A DNA stretch of 64,000 nt, taken from positions 60,545 through 124,544 of the IMG/VR virus record IMGVR_UViG_3300027908_000020. The stretch is one strand, 5' to 3'. The DNA comes from a virus. Shown in pieces: positions 1 through 9,028 of the stretch (positions within the stretch are counted from its first letter, which is position 1; every line of letters starts with the position of its first letter). The position numbers and the translations under genes are program-made. The notes under the pieces were generated by a model. That model was not told the DNA's origin, searched no databases, and saw only the letters and a program-made list of their open reading frames with translations.

Positions 1-2
1 CA

Positions 3-1613
3 AGTAGTGCCCCTGGTGCCCAATGGAGAGGTGGCAACGGCGAAGCCCTTAGACAGACTCCGGAAGTTTATTCTCCGCTGTGGCTCAACAGTAATATGAA
101 TCTCCCTAGAGATAGGGCCACAATTAATGCGTGGTGTAGAAGTTTTTATGCGCTTGAGCCATTTGTACAGAATGCAATTAATCTTCATAGCACCTACCCA
201 ATCAGCAGGCTTAACATTAAGTGTGCAAACAAGAAAGTAGAAAAGTTCTTCAATGAAATGATTGAGGAAATTGATCTTATGAATACTTGCGTACAAGTTG
301 CACAAGAGTTTTGGCTGCTTGGAGAGGCATTTGTTTATGCTGAGCTAGATGAACGTAATGCTAAGTGGAGTAGACTTATAATTCAGAATCCAGATTACGT
401 AGTTGTAAAGCGCTCCGTAATTGCAAATGAGCCACTGATTATGCTTAGACCGGATGATAATTTACGCAGAATCGTTTTTTCAAATAGACCATCTGATATT
501 GAACAAAAAAAACAACTCAATGATACAATTGTAGAACATATCAAACGTGGAGAAAATATTCCACTTGATAATTTCTACGTTTCTCATTTAGCAAGAAGAA
601 TTTCTCCTTATGAAGTCCGTGGAACTGGACTGCCAGTATGTTGTTTTCGTCAGCTTATGTTATTTGATAAGCTTCGTGAATCAAAGTTTGCTCAGTCTGA
701 TAACATGATTAATCCATTAACGTTAGTTAAAATTGGTAGTGCTGATTATAAGCCAACTTTCGCAGATTTAGAATCATGGAGAAATGTTTTTGAAGAAGCA
801 CAATACGATAAAGACTTTAAGATATTTACTCACGAAGGAGTAGCTGTAGAAAGAGTTGGATACAACCAGGGTATCTTTGACATATCAAATGATATTACCC
901 AACTACTCAAAGAAGTTTTCATGGGTCTTATGGTGCCACAAGTTATCATGGAAGGTGGCGGAGATGTTTCGTATGCTAACGGAGGTATATCTTTGGATGT
1001 TCTTCGTCAGAGATACATGCAGTTTAGAAACATGATGGGTACTTGGCTCAGAAAAAAAATCTTTGCTCCAATCGCAAAGCTTAACGAGTTTTACGAATAT
1101 GAAGAAGGCGAGAAGAAGTTAATTATTCCAGAAGTTGACTGGAATCATATGTCATTGTTTGATACATCTGATTATGTTAATGTTCTTGTCCAGCTTTCTG
1201 GAGAACAAAAGAAAGTATCTCAACAAACATTGTATCGCTCCCTTGGTTTAGAGTATGAGGAGGAGCGCCGTAAGATTAGAAAAGAAGATATTTCTGACGC
1301 AATTCGTAAAAAGGAACTTATGTCTCTCGATAGAATGGCGCTTAATGAACTTCGCGCCATCACAGAAGAAGATGAGATTCCGGAAATTACAGAAACTCCG
1401 TTGCCCGGACAATCTCCATATATAGATCAGGCAGGTCAAATGCAGCCAGGTGGAGATATGGGTGCAGGCATGGGCCCCGGTGGCCCCGGCGGACTCCCAC
1501 CTTTGCCAGGCCTTGGACCCCCAGGCGGAGGAATTGGAGCCCCGACATCGCCACCATCGCCCGGCGGGCCCCCTGCTGGTTCTGCACCGCCCGCGCCAGC
1601 CCCACCAGCTTAA
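3..1613 (+). CDS. Portal protein (5'-truncated; frame open from the window edge), Gly/Pro-rich C-terminal tail
   Basis: Frame of the 96..1613 ORF has no stop back to nt 3. Portal-like motifs (EFWLLGEAFVY, HLARRISPYEVRGTG, ANGGISLDVL) and position at the head of the morphogenesis cluster. Confidence 0.8.
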   Translation, partial: SSAPGAQWRGGNGEALRQTPEVYSPLWLNSNMNLPRDRATINAWCRSFYALEPFVQNAINLHSTYPISRLNIKCANKKVEKFFNEMIEEIDLMNTCVQVAQEFWLLGEAFVYAELDERNAKWSRLIIQNPDYVVVKRSVIANEPLIMLRPDDNLRRIVFSNRPSDIEQKKQLNDTIVEHIKRGENIPLDNFYVSHLARRISPYEVRGTGLPVCCFRQLMLFDKLRESKFAQSDNMINPLTLVKIGSADYKPTFADLESWRNVFEEAQYDKDFKIFTHEGVAVERVGYNQGIFDISNDITQLLKEVFMGLMVPQVIMEGGGDVSYANGGISLDVLRQRYMQFRNMMGTWLRKKIFAPIAKLNEFYEYEEGEKKLIIPEVDWNHMSLFDTSDYVNVLVQLSGEQKKVSQQTLYRSLGLEYEEERRKIRKEDISDAIRKKELMSLDRMALNELRAITEEDEIPEITETPLPGQSPYIDQAGQMQPGGDMGAGMGPGGPGGLPPLPGLGPPGGGIGAPTSPPSPGGPPAGSAPPAPAPPA

Positions 1614-1652
1614 TAAAAGTCGAGTTGATTGTTTCTACAATCATATTCAAAT

Positions 1653-2219
1653 ATGAAATCCTGCAAATTTTGTAATGTTAAATTAACAGAGGCAAATAGC
1701 TGCCCATCAGACTGGATTAATTCATATAATATATGCAAATTTTGTAGAAATTTAAATTCTAAACGGCGTGAAGCTAAAATTAGAAATAATAAAGAAGTAT
1801 TAAACTTAATTATTTCTGAAAATCATTGTTGCATTGAGTGTAATCACATTTTAACAAAAGAAAATTGGGCAATTAATAATATTGCTCGTCACCGGTATTT
1901 ATGCAATAGTTGTAAAAATTTAGAAAGTAAAAAACAAAGAGAATTATTTAAAATTGAAATAATTAGTGAATATGGTGGTAGATGCGCCTGTTGTGGCGAA
2001 ACAGAATCTATATTTTTAAATATAGATCACATAGATAATAATGGTTCATCTCATAGAAAAGAATTATCTAAAAAAACTGGTCTTAAGATGACTGGTTCAA
2101 ATTTCTATCGCTGGCTCAAAAAGCAGGGCTATCCAAAAGATAATTATCAAATTCTTTGCTTTAACTGCAATTTTGCCAAGCATGTACTAGGCAAATGTCC
2201 ACATCAACAAAACATTTAA
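1653..2219 (+). CDS. HNH homing endonuclease with CxxC Zn-finger repeats
   Basis: NIDHIDNNG...LCFNCNFAK...CPHQ; several CxxC pairs; AT-rich; ATG at 1653 preferred to TTG at 1629. Confidence 0.85.
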   Translation: MKSCKFCNVKLTEANSCPSDWINSYNICKFCRNLNSKRREAKIRNNKEVLNLIISENHCCIECNHILTKENWAINNIARHRYLCNSCKNLESKKQRELFKIEIISEYGGRCACCGETESIFLNIDHIDNNGSSHRKELSKKTGLKMTGSNFYRWLKKQGYPKDNYQILCFNCNFAKHVLGKCPHQQNI

Positions 2220-2278
2220 TTATAAATATTATCCAATATGTATAATTTAGCATTATTTTGAAAAATGCAGGAGAATAC

Positions 2279-3682
2279 ATGGATAAGCTTGCTCAGGAAC
2301 GAGGAATCTTTAATAAGCTTCGTGAAAAAGCCAACATAACTGGAAGGATTTTAGAATCCTTAAACCCAGAATTTCACGATATGATGGCAAAATTGCGTGT
2401 TGCTGATGAAAAAATCCGCGAACATGCTGCTAACTCTAAGGATCTTATTCGATCTGCTAAGTCTTTAGTTCGTAGAAGAGATTATCTTTCTGCTTCTGTG
2501 AATCTTTCTGCTTTTCATGAGAGAGCTAGATATGTTGCATCAGAACTAGAACGATTCATTAAAGGAGTAGACTTAAAACACTATCAGTTTTTACTCGATC
2601 AATTCGATGATGAACAAAAAGAACAGCTGTTTGGTTATGATCCAAATGCCGAGTTAAAGCTAGGTGATGAAGCATTAGTCGACGATCTTCCAGAAATGAC
2701 AGTTGAGGCTGCTCTAAAAAAACAAGCAGGACTATCAGACTGGTGGTTCAAGATTACCGATCCAATTGCGGATTTAGCTCACAACGTTACACAACAACGC
2801 GGTATAGCTATGCGTGCTTTGGAGAAGAAGTTTTCTATTGCTTTCTTAAAGCAACTGAAAGGTTCTAGTAACGTCATGGTTACACGAGCTAATCAGTTTT
2901 TATCATTCATGATGAGGACATTTAAGAAGCTTGCTACCGCTCTTGCAAAACGTAATGTAGACCAATATGTTACAGCATCTAAAGAATATATAAATAGATT
3001 TGCTAGATTTCATGATCAGTTCGTAAAGTTCTACCAAGCAAACATCGTTCCACTTAAAAAACATTACGATGAAATTACAGAGCAGGCTCGCAAAAAGGAA
3101 GAAGATAAAAGCAGAGGGCTTGAGGAGGGGGCTGAACAAAAGAGAAAGCCGCAAGAGCAGATTCCACAGATGCAGCAAGGTACTCCAAAGGTTCCATTCG
3201 AGAGACTTTACGAACCATCTCAACAACCAACTAGCGCTCCATCTATAGAACCACCTGGAATGCAGCAACCGCCAAAACAAAAAAGACCCTGGCCCCAACC
3301 TTCATTTGATTTTACAAAACCAGCCCCCCACCCAGTTGGTCCAGAAAAAGAAGAATTTCCTCAGTTTAATTGGAGATCTAAGAAAGAAGACGACTCTAAT
3401 CTTCCATTCGAACTAAAGCGTAGAAGAAGCCTTGATTTCTTTGACACGCTTCAAAAGTGTGCGAGCACAGATAATCCAAAGGATTTTGTAATAGAAATAC
3501 TACGTTATTCCGCAGAGCTTGAGCAATCATCTCCAGAAGATAGTATGAAGCTTCTTGCTATAGCTGAAGGTATAATCGAAGAGTATAAGACAGCAGGCAT
3601 ATTTGATTGGTGGAAAAAAGATGACGAGGAAACATCGGCACCAGCTCTGCAACAAAAAAAGCGCGAAGTCCCTTTAGCATAA
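2279..3682 (+). CDS. Probable internal head protein (K-x-A motifs, Pro/Gln-rich linker)
   Basis: AGGAG at 2269-2273 before ATG 2279; motifs DKLAQ, KKQAGLSDWW, YKTAGIFDWW. Function inferred from context. Confidence 0.5.
   Translation: MDKLAQERGIFNKLREKANITGRILESLNPEFHDMMAKLRVADEKIREHAANSKDLIRSAKSLVRRRDYLSASVNLSAFHERARYVASELERFIKGVDLKHYQFLLDQFDDEQKEQLFGYDPNAELKLGDEALVDDLPEMTVEAALKKQAGLSDWWFKITDPIADLAHNVTQQRGIAMRALEKKFSIAFLKQLKGSSNVMVTRANQFLSFMMRTFKKLATALAKRNVDQYVTASKEYINRFARFHDQFVKFYQANIVPLKKHYDEITEQARKKEEDKSRGLEEGAEQKRKPQEQIPQMQQGTPKVPFERLYEPSQQPTSAPSIEPPGMQQPPKQKRPWPQPSFDFTKPAPHPVGPEKEEFPQFNWRSKKEDDSNLPFELKRRRSLDFFDTLQKCASTDNPKDFVIEILRYSAELEQSSPEDSMKLLAIAEGIIEEYKTAGIFDWWKKDDEETSAPALQQKKREVPLA
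3655..3661 (+). other. Candidate -1 frameshift heptamer A_AAA_AAG
   Basis: In-frame CAA AAA AAG, six sense codons before the TAA; the -1 frame is open for about 156 codons. Confidence 0.45.
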
Positions 3683-4131
3683 GCCCCCCGGAAAGAAGAA
3701 GGCCAATTGAACATGGCATTCCGGAAGGGCGAATCAATAAAAGATATGACTCTTTTCCTATCTTAAAGGCAATTACTTTCGATAGAATTAGATTTACACC
3801 AGGCTCCTCAGGGCAGGTTGCTAATGTTTTTATAAAACGATTGTTTGATACTGGTCAAGACATCTCCAGTTTTGAACCAACTCTAGAAGGTATTGTTATA
3901 AATGCCATTAGACAAGCTATACCAAAAGGACTTATTCTAGCTAGCTATCCATCAGAAGATTTACATAATCCGCTTGATAGACAGCTACAAATTTATACCT
4001 ATGTTGATCTTGGATCAATTGACCAAGATCTTGTAGGTACGGCAAAAATTACAGTTCTCTGTAGATTATCTGTAACGCACGGAACCTTAACTGTAAGAAA
4101 TCTCCAAAGAAATTTTGATGTGGATGAGTGA
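3661..4131 (+). CDS. -1 frame extension of the upstream gene (or a separate gene with an unclear start)
   Basis: Frame is open from 3625 to 4131 with no ATG/GTG/TTG until 3841; it reads ARSPFSISPPERRRPIEHGIPEGRINKRYDSFPILKAITFDRIRFT... straight into the listed 96-aa ORF. Confidence 0.55.
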   Translation, partial: ARSPFSISPPERRRPIEHGIPEGRINKRYDSFPILKAITFDRIRFTPGSSGQVANVFIKRLFDTGQDISSFEPTLEGIVINAIRQAIPKGLILASYPSEDLHNPLDRQLQIYTYVDLGSIDQDLVGTAKITVLCRLSVTHGTLTVRNLQRNFDVDE

Positions 4132-5528
4132 TGAATACTAAACTTGCATACAGAGTTAGTAATTTTCGTGAGGCGCAGCCTACCCGCGTCAACGATATGT
4201 ATGCGCCTCCTGCTGGCTGGCAGGTTGCAAAAGATGTTCCGTCCGTGTTAGGAAGAATATCTCAAGAGATTTTATCGCGTGCGGTAAATGAAGGATGGCA
4301 AATGCCTAGCGAAATACCTTTAAGATTTGAAGGTAAGCCATACATCGCAAGATATCAAGTCCATGGACCAAACCAATTCAATAAAAAGAATCATCCTGGC
4401 ATAGGTCTTTATGAGCGTGCTAGTGGTGAAGAGACATCCACAGCAAGTAAGCCAGGTATGGGCACGAAGCTTGATGATAATTTTTTCGTTAAATTAAATG
4501 CCATGAGTCAACGTTTGGGCATTGATCCAAAGGATATGCTTGCAATAATGCAGTTAGAATCAAATTTGGATCCTGGCGCTATTGGAACGAATCCGAAAAC
4601 TGGCAAGCAATGGCCAGCAAGAGGTCTCACGCAAATTGAGGCATTCAATGCGGCATCAGTAGGATGGCAAGGTGATAAAGCAAGTTTTCTAAGGGAGTTT
4701 CCAAGATTACCAGCATCAGAGCAATTACCGTATATTGAGAGATATTTCAAAAATCTACAGCAAAAATACGGCCCTATTCATTCGCTAACACAACTATACA
4801 TTGCTAATTTTTGGCCAGCAGCATTAACTACCGATGGTGTGAAGCGTGGAGATCCATCGGCTGTCATTGTTGATAGCGCTAAGAACCCAGTTGAATATGA
4901 CGCAAACAAAGGACTGGATCTTGACAAAGATGGAAAAATAACATATGGGGATTTAACAAAAATGTTAAGCGGTAAGTCAAGAGCTTTGGACAAGGGCCAA
5001 GTTTATGCCAGGTTCGATAGGGCCGTTGGCGCTGCGCCAAATCAATTTAGTAAACCCGAATCGGAGGGCGGATTGGATGGATTCCTGGCTAAGATAGAAA
5101 AATTACTTGATGGTTTTATAAGCTCAGCTTCTAATAAAAATATAGCAACGAAAACAGCACTAGAAACTGAAAGGTTTGCAATACATATACAAGCTCCTGA
5201 TTTTCCATCAAAACTTGAATATGCGGCAGTTCTAAAGACTGCTCTCAAAGAAGAACTAAATGCCCAATCAGATATTTTGACTGATGGCGAAAATGTAGAA
5301 ATATCATGTAGAGTACTTACAAATAGTTCTAAAGCTTTGGACGCAATTAAACAATTATGCTTTGCGATATCTGACACTTTTGAATATGCAACCCGAAAGA
5401 TTGGTGGGGTCAGGGCTCAAACAATGATTTTAACCAACAGGGACCCGGACTATCAAGAATTAGATATTAATGTAGCTGAAGTTAATCACAGAAAATTTAT
5501 GTTAAAATTTTGTAAAGTAGGAATATAA
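4128..5528 (+). CDS. Lytic transglycosylase/lysozyme-like protein with an EF-hand-like loop; probably virion-associated
   Basis: AIMQLESNLDPGA, ARGLTQI, EQLPYIERYF, LYIANFWP; DLDKDGKITYGDL resembles an EF-hand loop. Confidence 0.75.
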   Translation: MMNTKLAYRVSNFREAQPTRVNDMYAPPAGWQVAKDVPSVLGRISQEILSRAVNEGWQMPSEIPLRFEGKPYIARYQVHGPNQFNKKNHPGIGLYERASGEETSTASKPGMGTKLDDNFFVKLNAMSQRLGIDPKDMLAIMQLESNLDPGAIGTNPKTGKQWPARGLTQIEAFNAASVGWQGDKASFLREFPRLPASEQLPYIERYFKNLQQKYGPIHSLTQLYIANFWPAALTTDGVKRGDPSAVIVDSAKNPVEYDANKGLDLDKDGKITYGDLTKMLSGKSRALDKGQVYARFDRAVGAAPNQFSKPESEGGLDGFLAKIEKLLDGFISSASNKNIATKTALETERFAIHIQAPDFPSKLEYAAVLKTALKEELNAQSDILTDGENVEISCRVLTNSSKALDAIKQLCFAISDTFEYATRKIGGVRAQTMILTNRDPDYQELDINVAEVNHRKFMLKFCKVGI

Positions 5529-5953
5529 TGGCTAATAACAATGAAAATTTTGATCCCATGTATTCTCCCCAACAGAATGGGGATGGGTTGCGAAAATTTT
5601 CTGATGAACTGATCACAAAATTTAAAGGTAAAATATTAGAACTATATATTGGTGACCAATATGAGTCATTAAATTTTGATGATTTTTCACAGCAACAAAA
5701 TGCAACAATCTACGGTAGACTGGTAGATGTGTTGGATAGATTTTTAATATTAGATTGTTTTTATATAGATAAGCTTACAGGCAAACTAAGCACAGGAAAT
5801 CTTGTTTATATAAATACTTTTCAAATAAGAGCTATGGGTGAAGTAAACCATACAGGATCTTTGGATGATATCTTTTTAAGTGCAAAAGATGTTTCAAAAA
5901 TAAGAAAACTTTTACATATTGAATCTAAACACGTTAAAATGAAAAATAAATGA
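5528..5953 (+). CDS. Hypothetical protein (possible small beta-barrel)
   Basis: Coupled to both neighbours (TAATG and ATGA overlaps); beta-strand pattern. Confidence 0.55.
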   Translation: MANNNENFDPMYSPQQNGDGLRKFSDELITKFKGKILELYIGDQYESLNFDDFSQQQNATIYGRLVDVLDRFLILDCFYIDKLTGKLSTGNLVYINTFQIRAMGEVNHTGSLDDIFLSAKDVSKIRKLLHIESKHVKMKNK

Positions 5954-6672
5954 CAAATGAAATGGTAAGCACATCAAAACTTCTGGCGTACGCTCGCGCG
6001 TATGAAGAGGCATTGTTTACCAAAAATGCTGTAGTTAGAAAACTTCCTAACGGAAAATGGACTGTAAAATCTCTAAATGGTAAAAATCTTGGAGAGTATG
6101 ATTCAAAGGAAGAAGCTGTCAAGAGACTAAGACAAATAGAATATTTTAAACATCATCCAAAAAAACGAAAGAAGCAAGCGGCAGATAAGCATGATGATTC
6201 GTACTCATCAGTCATGAGAGATCTGCGAAAATCTTATGATGAAGAAACTATTCGCAAATTCCAGCAAACTTTCAAACAATTGTTTGATGAAGCTTTTATA
6301 GCTGGATCCGATGATCCGGAGCAAGAAATTTTAGAAAAAGCTTTATCGTGTGTAGATTCTAAAGACGATCAGAAAGCAATGGAAAAAGCTGCTTCCGCAA
6401 TCGATTTAGGCGATCCACAGTATGCTGGAAAATATCTTGCAGATATTCTTAAATTTGTAATGAGAAGAATTTCTCACGAAAGAAGGCCTAAGTCTTTAGA
6501 GAACCTTAGAAGTAAAATATATTATTTGAATGAATATGAGATTGCTGCTAAACGAGTTCCTCCGTCGTCAGCAATGGGTCAATCGATAACATTATTAAAA
6601 AATATTCTACTCGAACATTCACCAGAATATATCAGAAATGTTTTAAATAGTATAGTGAGAAACTTACCATGA
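5950..6672 (+). CDS. Probable internal head protein with a small basic domain (GKWTVKS..GKNLGEYDSKEEAVKRLRQIEYFKH)
   Basis: ATGA coupling; motifs KKQAAD and EKAASA. Confidence 0.5.
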   Translation: MTNEMVSTSKLLAYARAYEEALFTKNAVVRKLPNGKWTVKSLNGKNLGEYDSKEEAVKRLRQIEYFKHHPKKRKKQAADKHDDSYSSVMRDLRKSYDEETIRKFQQTFKQLFDEAFIAGSDDPEQEILEKALSCVDSKDDQKAMEKAASAIDLGDPQYAGKYLADILKFVMRRISHERRPKSLENLRSKIYYLNEYEIAAKRVPPSSAMGQSITLLKNILLEHSPEYIRNVLNSIVRNLP

Positions 6673-7463
6673 TACGTAGGTTCAGACAAGTCAACGATAA
6701 TTTATTTAGGGGCAGCGGTCCCTCTATTGAAGACGTTATTTTCTTAAATAAGAAAGTTGGTATCAATAAAATTGTTAGCCTCGATGAAGCTGCTGGCCAA
6801 CATATTGATCGTGCTACCAAATTGCTTGGAATGAAGCATATTATGTCTCCTATAGATATAAATAGAAGACATTCTCTTATAGAATTTTTAAAACGAGATT
6901 TATATAAACTTCTTATGGATGATGGCCCGGTATACGTACACTGCCAAGAAGGCAAAGATCGCACAGGGCTTGCTATTGCAATGTTTAGATGTTTATATGA
7001 TGAGTGGACATGCGATGAGGCTCTCAAAGAAGCAGTTAAACTTGGTTTCGGAGTTGGTGTAAATAAAAAAGTTGTACACCTTTATAAAGATATAATTCAG
7101 TCAGCCTGTGAAACTTCTGATAAAAAGCACAAACACATCGATCATAATACCGCAGACGATATAGGTTACGCTGATATCGCAACAAATCAAAGAGATGAAC
7201 TAATGGGTGGAGCATATACATTAGATTCATTCGAACAACAGTCTTGGTCTCCATGGGAAGATTATACTGTACGTGAATTTCCATTCGCAAGCGCATACCC
7301 AGTTTATTTCCCAGAACAATATGAATCAAGGGTAAGCGAAGTCGATGATGAAGATACAATTCCATACAATGGACCAGCAATACCACAATCTGGTACGTGG
7401 GACACATCAACAGATGGTATTATGGGAGCTGGTCCATCCTTAATAGGTAGTGGATTTATTTAA
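6669..7463 (+). CDS. Protein-tyrosine/dual-specificity phosphatase family protein (CX5R) with acidic tail
   Basis: VYVHCQEGKDRTG P-loop; N-terminal FRQVNDNLFRGSGP typical of atypical DSPs. Confidence 0.88.
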   Translation: MIRRFRQVNDNLFRGSGPSIEDVIFLNKKVGINKIVSLDEAAGQHIDRATKLLGMKHIMSPIDINRRHSLIEFLKRDLYKLLMDDGPVYVHCQEGKDRTGLAIAMFRCLYDEWTCDEALKEAVKLGFGVGVNKKVVHLYKDIIQSACETSDKKHKHIDHNTADDIGYADIATNQRDELMGGAYTLDSFEQQSWSPWEDYTVREFPFASAYPVYFPEQYESRVSEVDDEDTIPYNGPAIPQSGTWDTSTDGIMGAGPSLIGSGFI

Positions 7464-8055
7464 CCCAAGCTTTACCAGATATTATTTCATAGAATAGAGT
7501 ATCACTTATATTATATTTTGTAAATATTTCTTTTGCTTTACCAAATTTTTCTTTTCTTGTTTTATATTGACTATATTCTTTTCTTATTTTATCTGCTATT
7601 TCTTGTGTAATTATATGGCGTGCGGATAAATCACCGGTCATTCCATATTGATGATTTTTCTCTCCATACATATGGCTTTCTTCTCCAAGAATTCCTTTAT
7701 TCCATCCCGGTTTACCTTTACGATATTCAGATAATTTTTTTCTGGATTCTGGCGTATGTTTTGAGCCATTTCTACCGCCTTCTCGTAGGTTATATCCATT
7801 TTTTCTGTTCGTTGTGTTATTTAATATAATGAATTGTTTTTCAAAAAAATCAGCGTCTTCTTGTGTTTCACATTCTTTGATTATCTCAAATAAAAAATTC
7901 TCTACACCATATTTATTTATACTGTCGTATAATGGATGATTTATTTTTCTTCTTGCGTTCTTCTTATGTCGGTGCCATCGTTCTTTGATATTTATAGATT
8001 GTCCTATATAAATTTTATTATCTAGTAAGTTTTTAATCTGATATATGAAATACAT
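7456..8055 (-). CDS. GIY-YIG homing endonuclease with NUMOD3-like motif
   Basis: FIYQIKNLLDNKIYIGQS; GYNL..GG; HTPESRKKLSE; antisense, overlapping the phosphatase stop by 8 nt. Confidence 0.9.
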   Translation of the reverse strand: MYFIYQIKNLLDNKIYIGQSINIKERWHRHKKNARRKINHPLYDSINKYGVENFLFEIIKECETQEDADFFEKQFIILNNTTNRKNGYNLREGGRNGSKHTPESRKKLSEYRKGKPGWNKGILGEESHMYGEKNHQYGMTGDLSARHIITQEIADKIRKEYSQYKTRKEKFGKAKEIFTKYNISDTLFYEIISGKAWVK

Positions 8056-8109
8056 ATCGGCCCTGGTTAATTAGTTGGCTGCGGTTATGTATAATACAAT
8101 ATTATTACT

Positions 8110-8736
8110 ATGGTAAAGAAAAAATATGCTATTCAAATGTCCTATGAAGTTCCCTCAGAAGACAAGGATCGCGCTGAGAAAGCGATAAGGGCATTCGACC
8201 ATCTTCTGAAGAAGCTTCAGGCTGCTGATGAGCATTTAAATTTAATGTACACCCCGTTTAAAGAAAATACAAATATTACTCCTGAGCAAACATATAAAGC
8301 TCGCGCAGCACTTAGAAGATTTAGAGATAGTGTTGCCGATAACTTTAATTTGATAAAAAGAATAGCATTCAGATGTTACGTACTTCTACAACCATTTGCT
8401 TCCGATACGCAGACAGTAAAGATAAGTAAAGCATTTATATTTTCAATGTCTGATATTGAAAAACAAGTAAATAGATTTATAGATTTATTTCAACAATTAG
8501 AAGCTAAAGATTTTGCCCAAACAGTTGTAAAAGCTATAGAAAATGTTAAGAAAGAAGTAGCCCAAACGCAACAAATCATAGAAGACAGAATAAAAAGTCA
8601 TATAGAAAATAATATATTAGCGAGAACTTGGGTTAATAGTATTAGTGATGAATTACAAGAAAAAGTTGAAAAAAGAATACCTTTATCTGTTGAGTTAGTT
8701 AATGAAAGAAATAAAGCTCTAGAAAAAGATCACTGA
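8110..8736 (+). CDS. Helical hypothetical protein, probable head component
   Basis: 208-aa coiled-coil-like ORF; N-terminal KKYA motif. Confidence 0.55.
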   Translation: MVKKKYAIQMSYEVPSEDKDRAEKAIRAFDHLLKKLQAADEHLNLMYTPFKENTNITPEQTYKARAALRRFRDSVADNFNLIKRIAFRCYVLLQPFASDTQTVKISKAFIFSMSDIEKQVNRFIDLFQQLEAKDFAQTVVKAIENVKKEVAQTQQIIEDRIKSHIENNILARTWVNSISDELQEKVEKRIPLSVELVNERNKALEKDH

Positions 8737-8857
8737 ACTAATTTTAGAGATATAGTTATTTCAGGACATAAAAGAGACAGCATTTTTTATATTTTCAACT
8801 ATTTTGGTAATAATAAGCTATCTAAGTATATAAATTTACACCATTGCCGGAGACACG

Positions 8858-9028
8858 ATGTTTAAAAAATTTGGAGATATGAATCCAATATCAATCATCG
8901 ATCCTATCGACGTAGATACTGAAAGTACCAAAAAGTCTTTGAAAAAAGCTATCAAGACTGTTAAGGATTCGCAAGAAAAAAAGAAAGTTGTTCCTGCTCC
9001 TCTTAAGAAAGAGTCGGAGACCAAATAA
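8858..9028 (+). CDS. Small Lys-rich protein (56 aa, MFKKFGDMNPISIIDPIDVD...KKESETK); not in the ORF track
   Basis: GGAG at 8849-8852, ATG 8858; its TAA overlaps the protease ATG (TAATG). Confidence 0.7.
   Translation: MFKKFGDMNPISIIDPIDVDTESTKKSLKKAIKTVKDSQEKKKVVPAPLKKESETK

Noticed and set aside
1440-1613. GC-rich island at the portal 3' end as foreign DNA
   Set aside because: Explained by the Gly/Pro low-complexity tail; a similar tract occurs in the scaffold at about 10970-11080.
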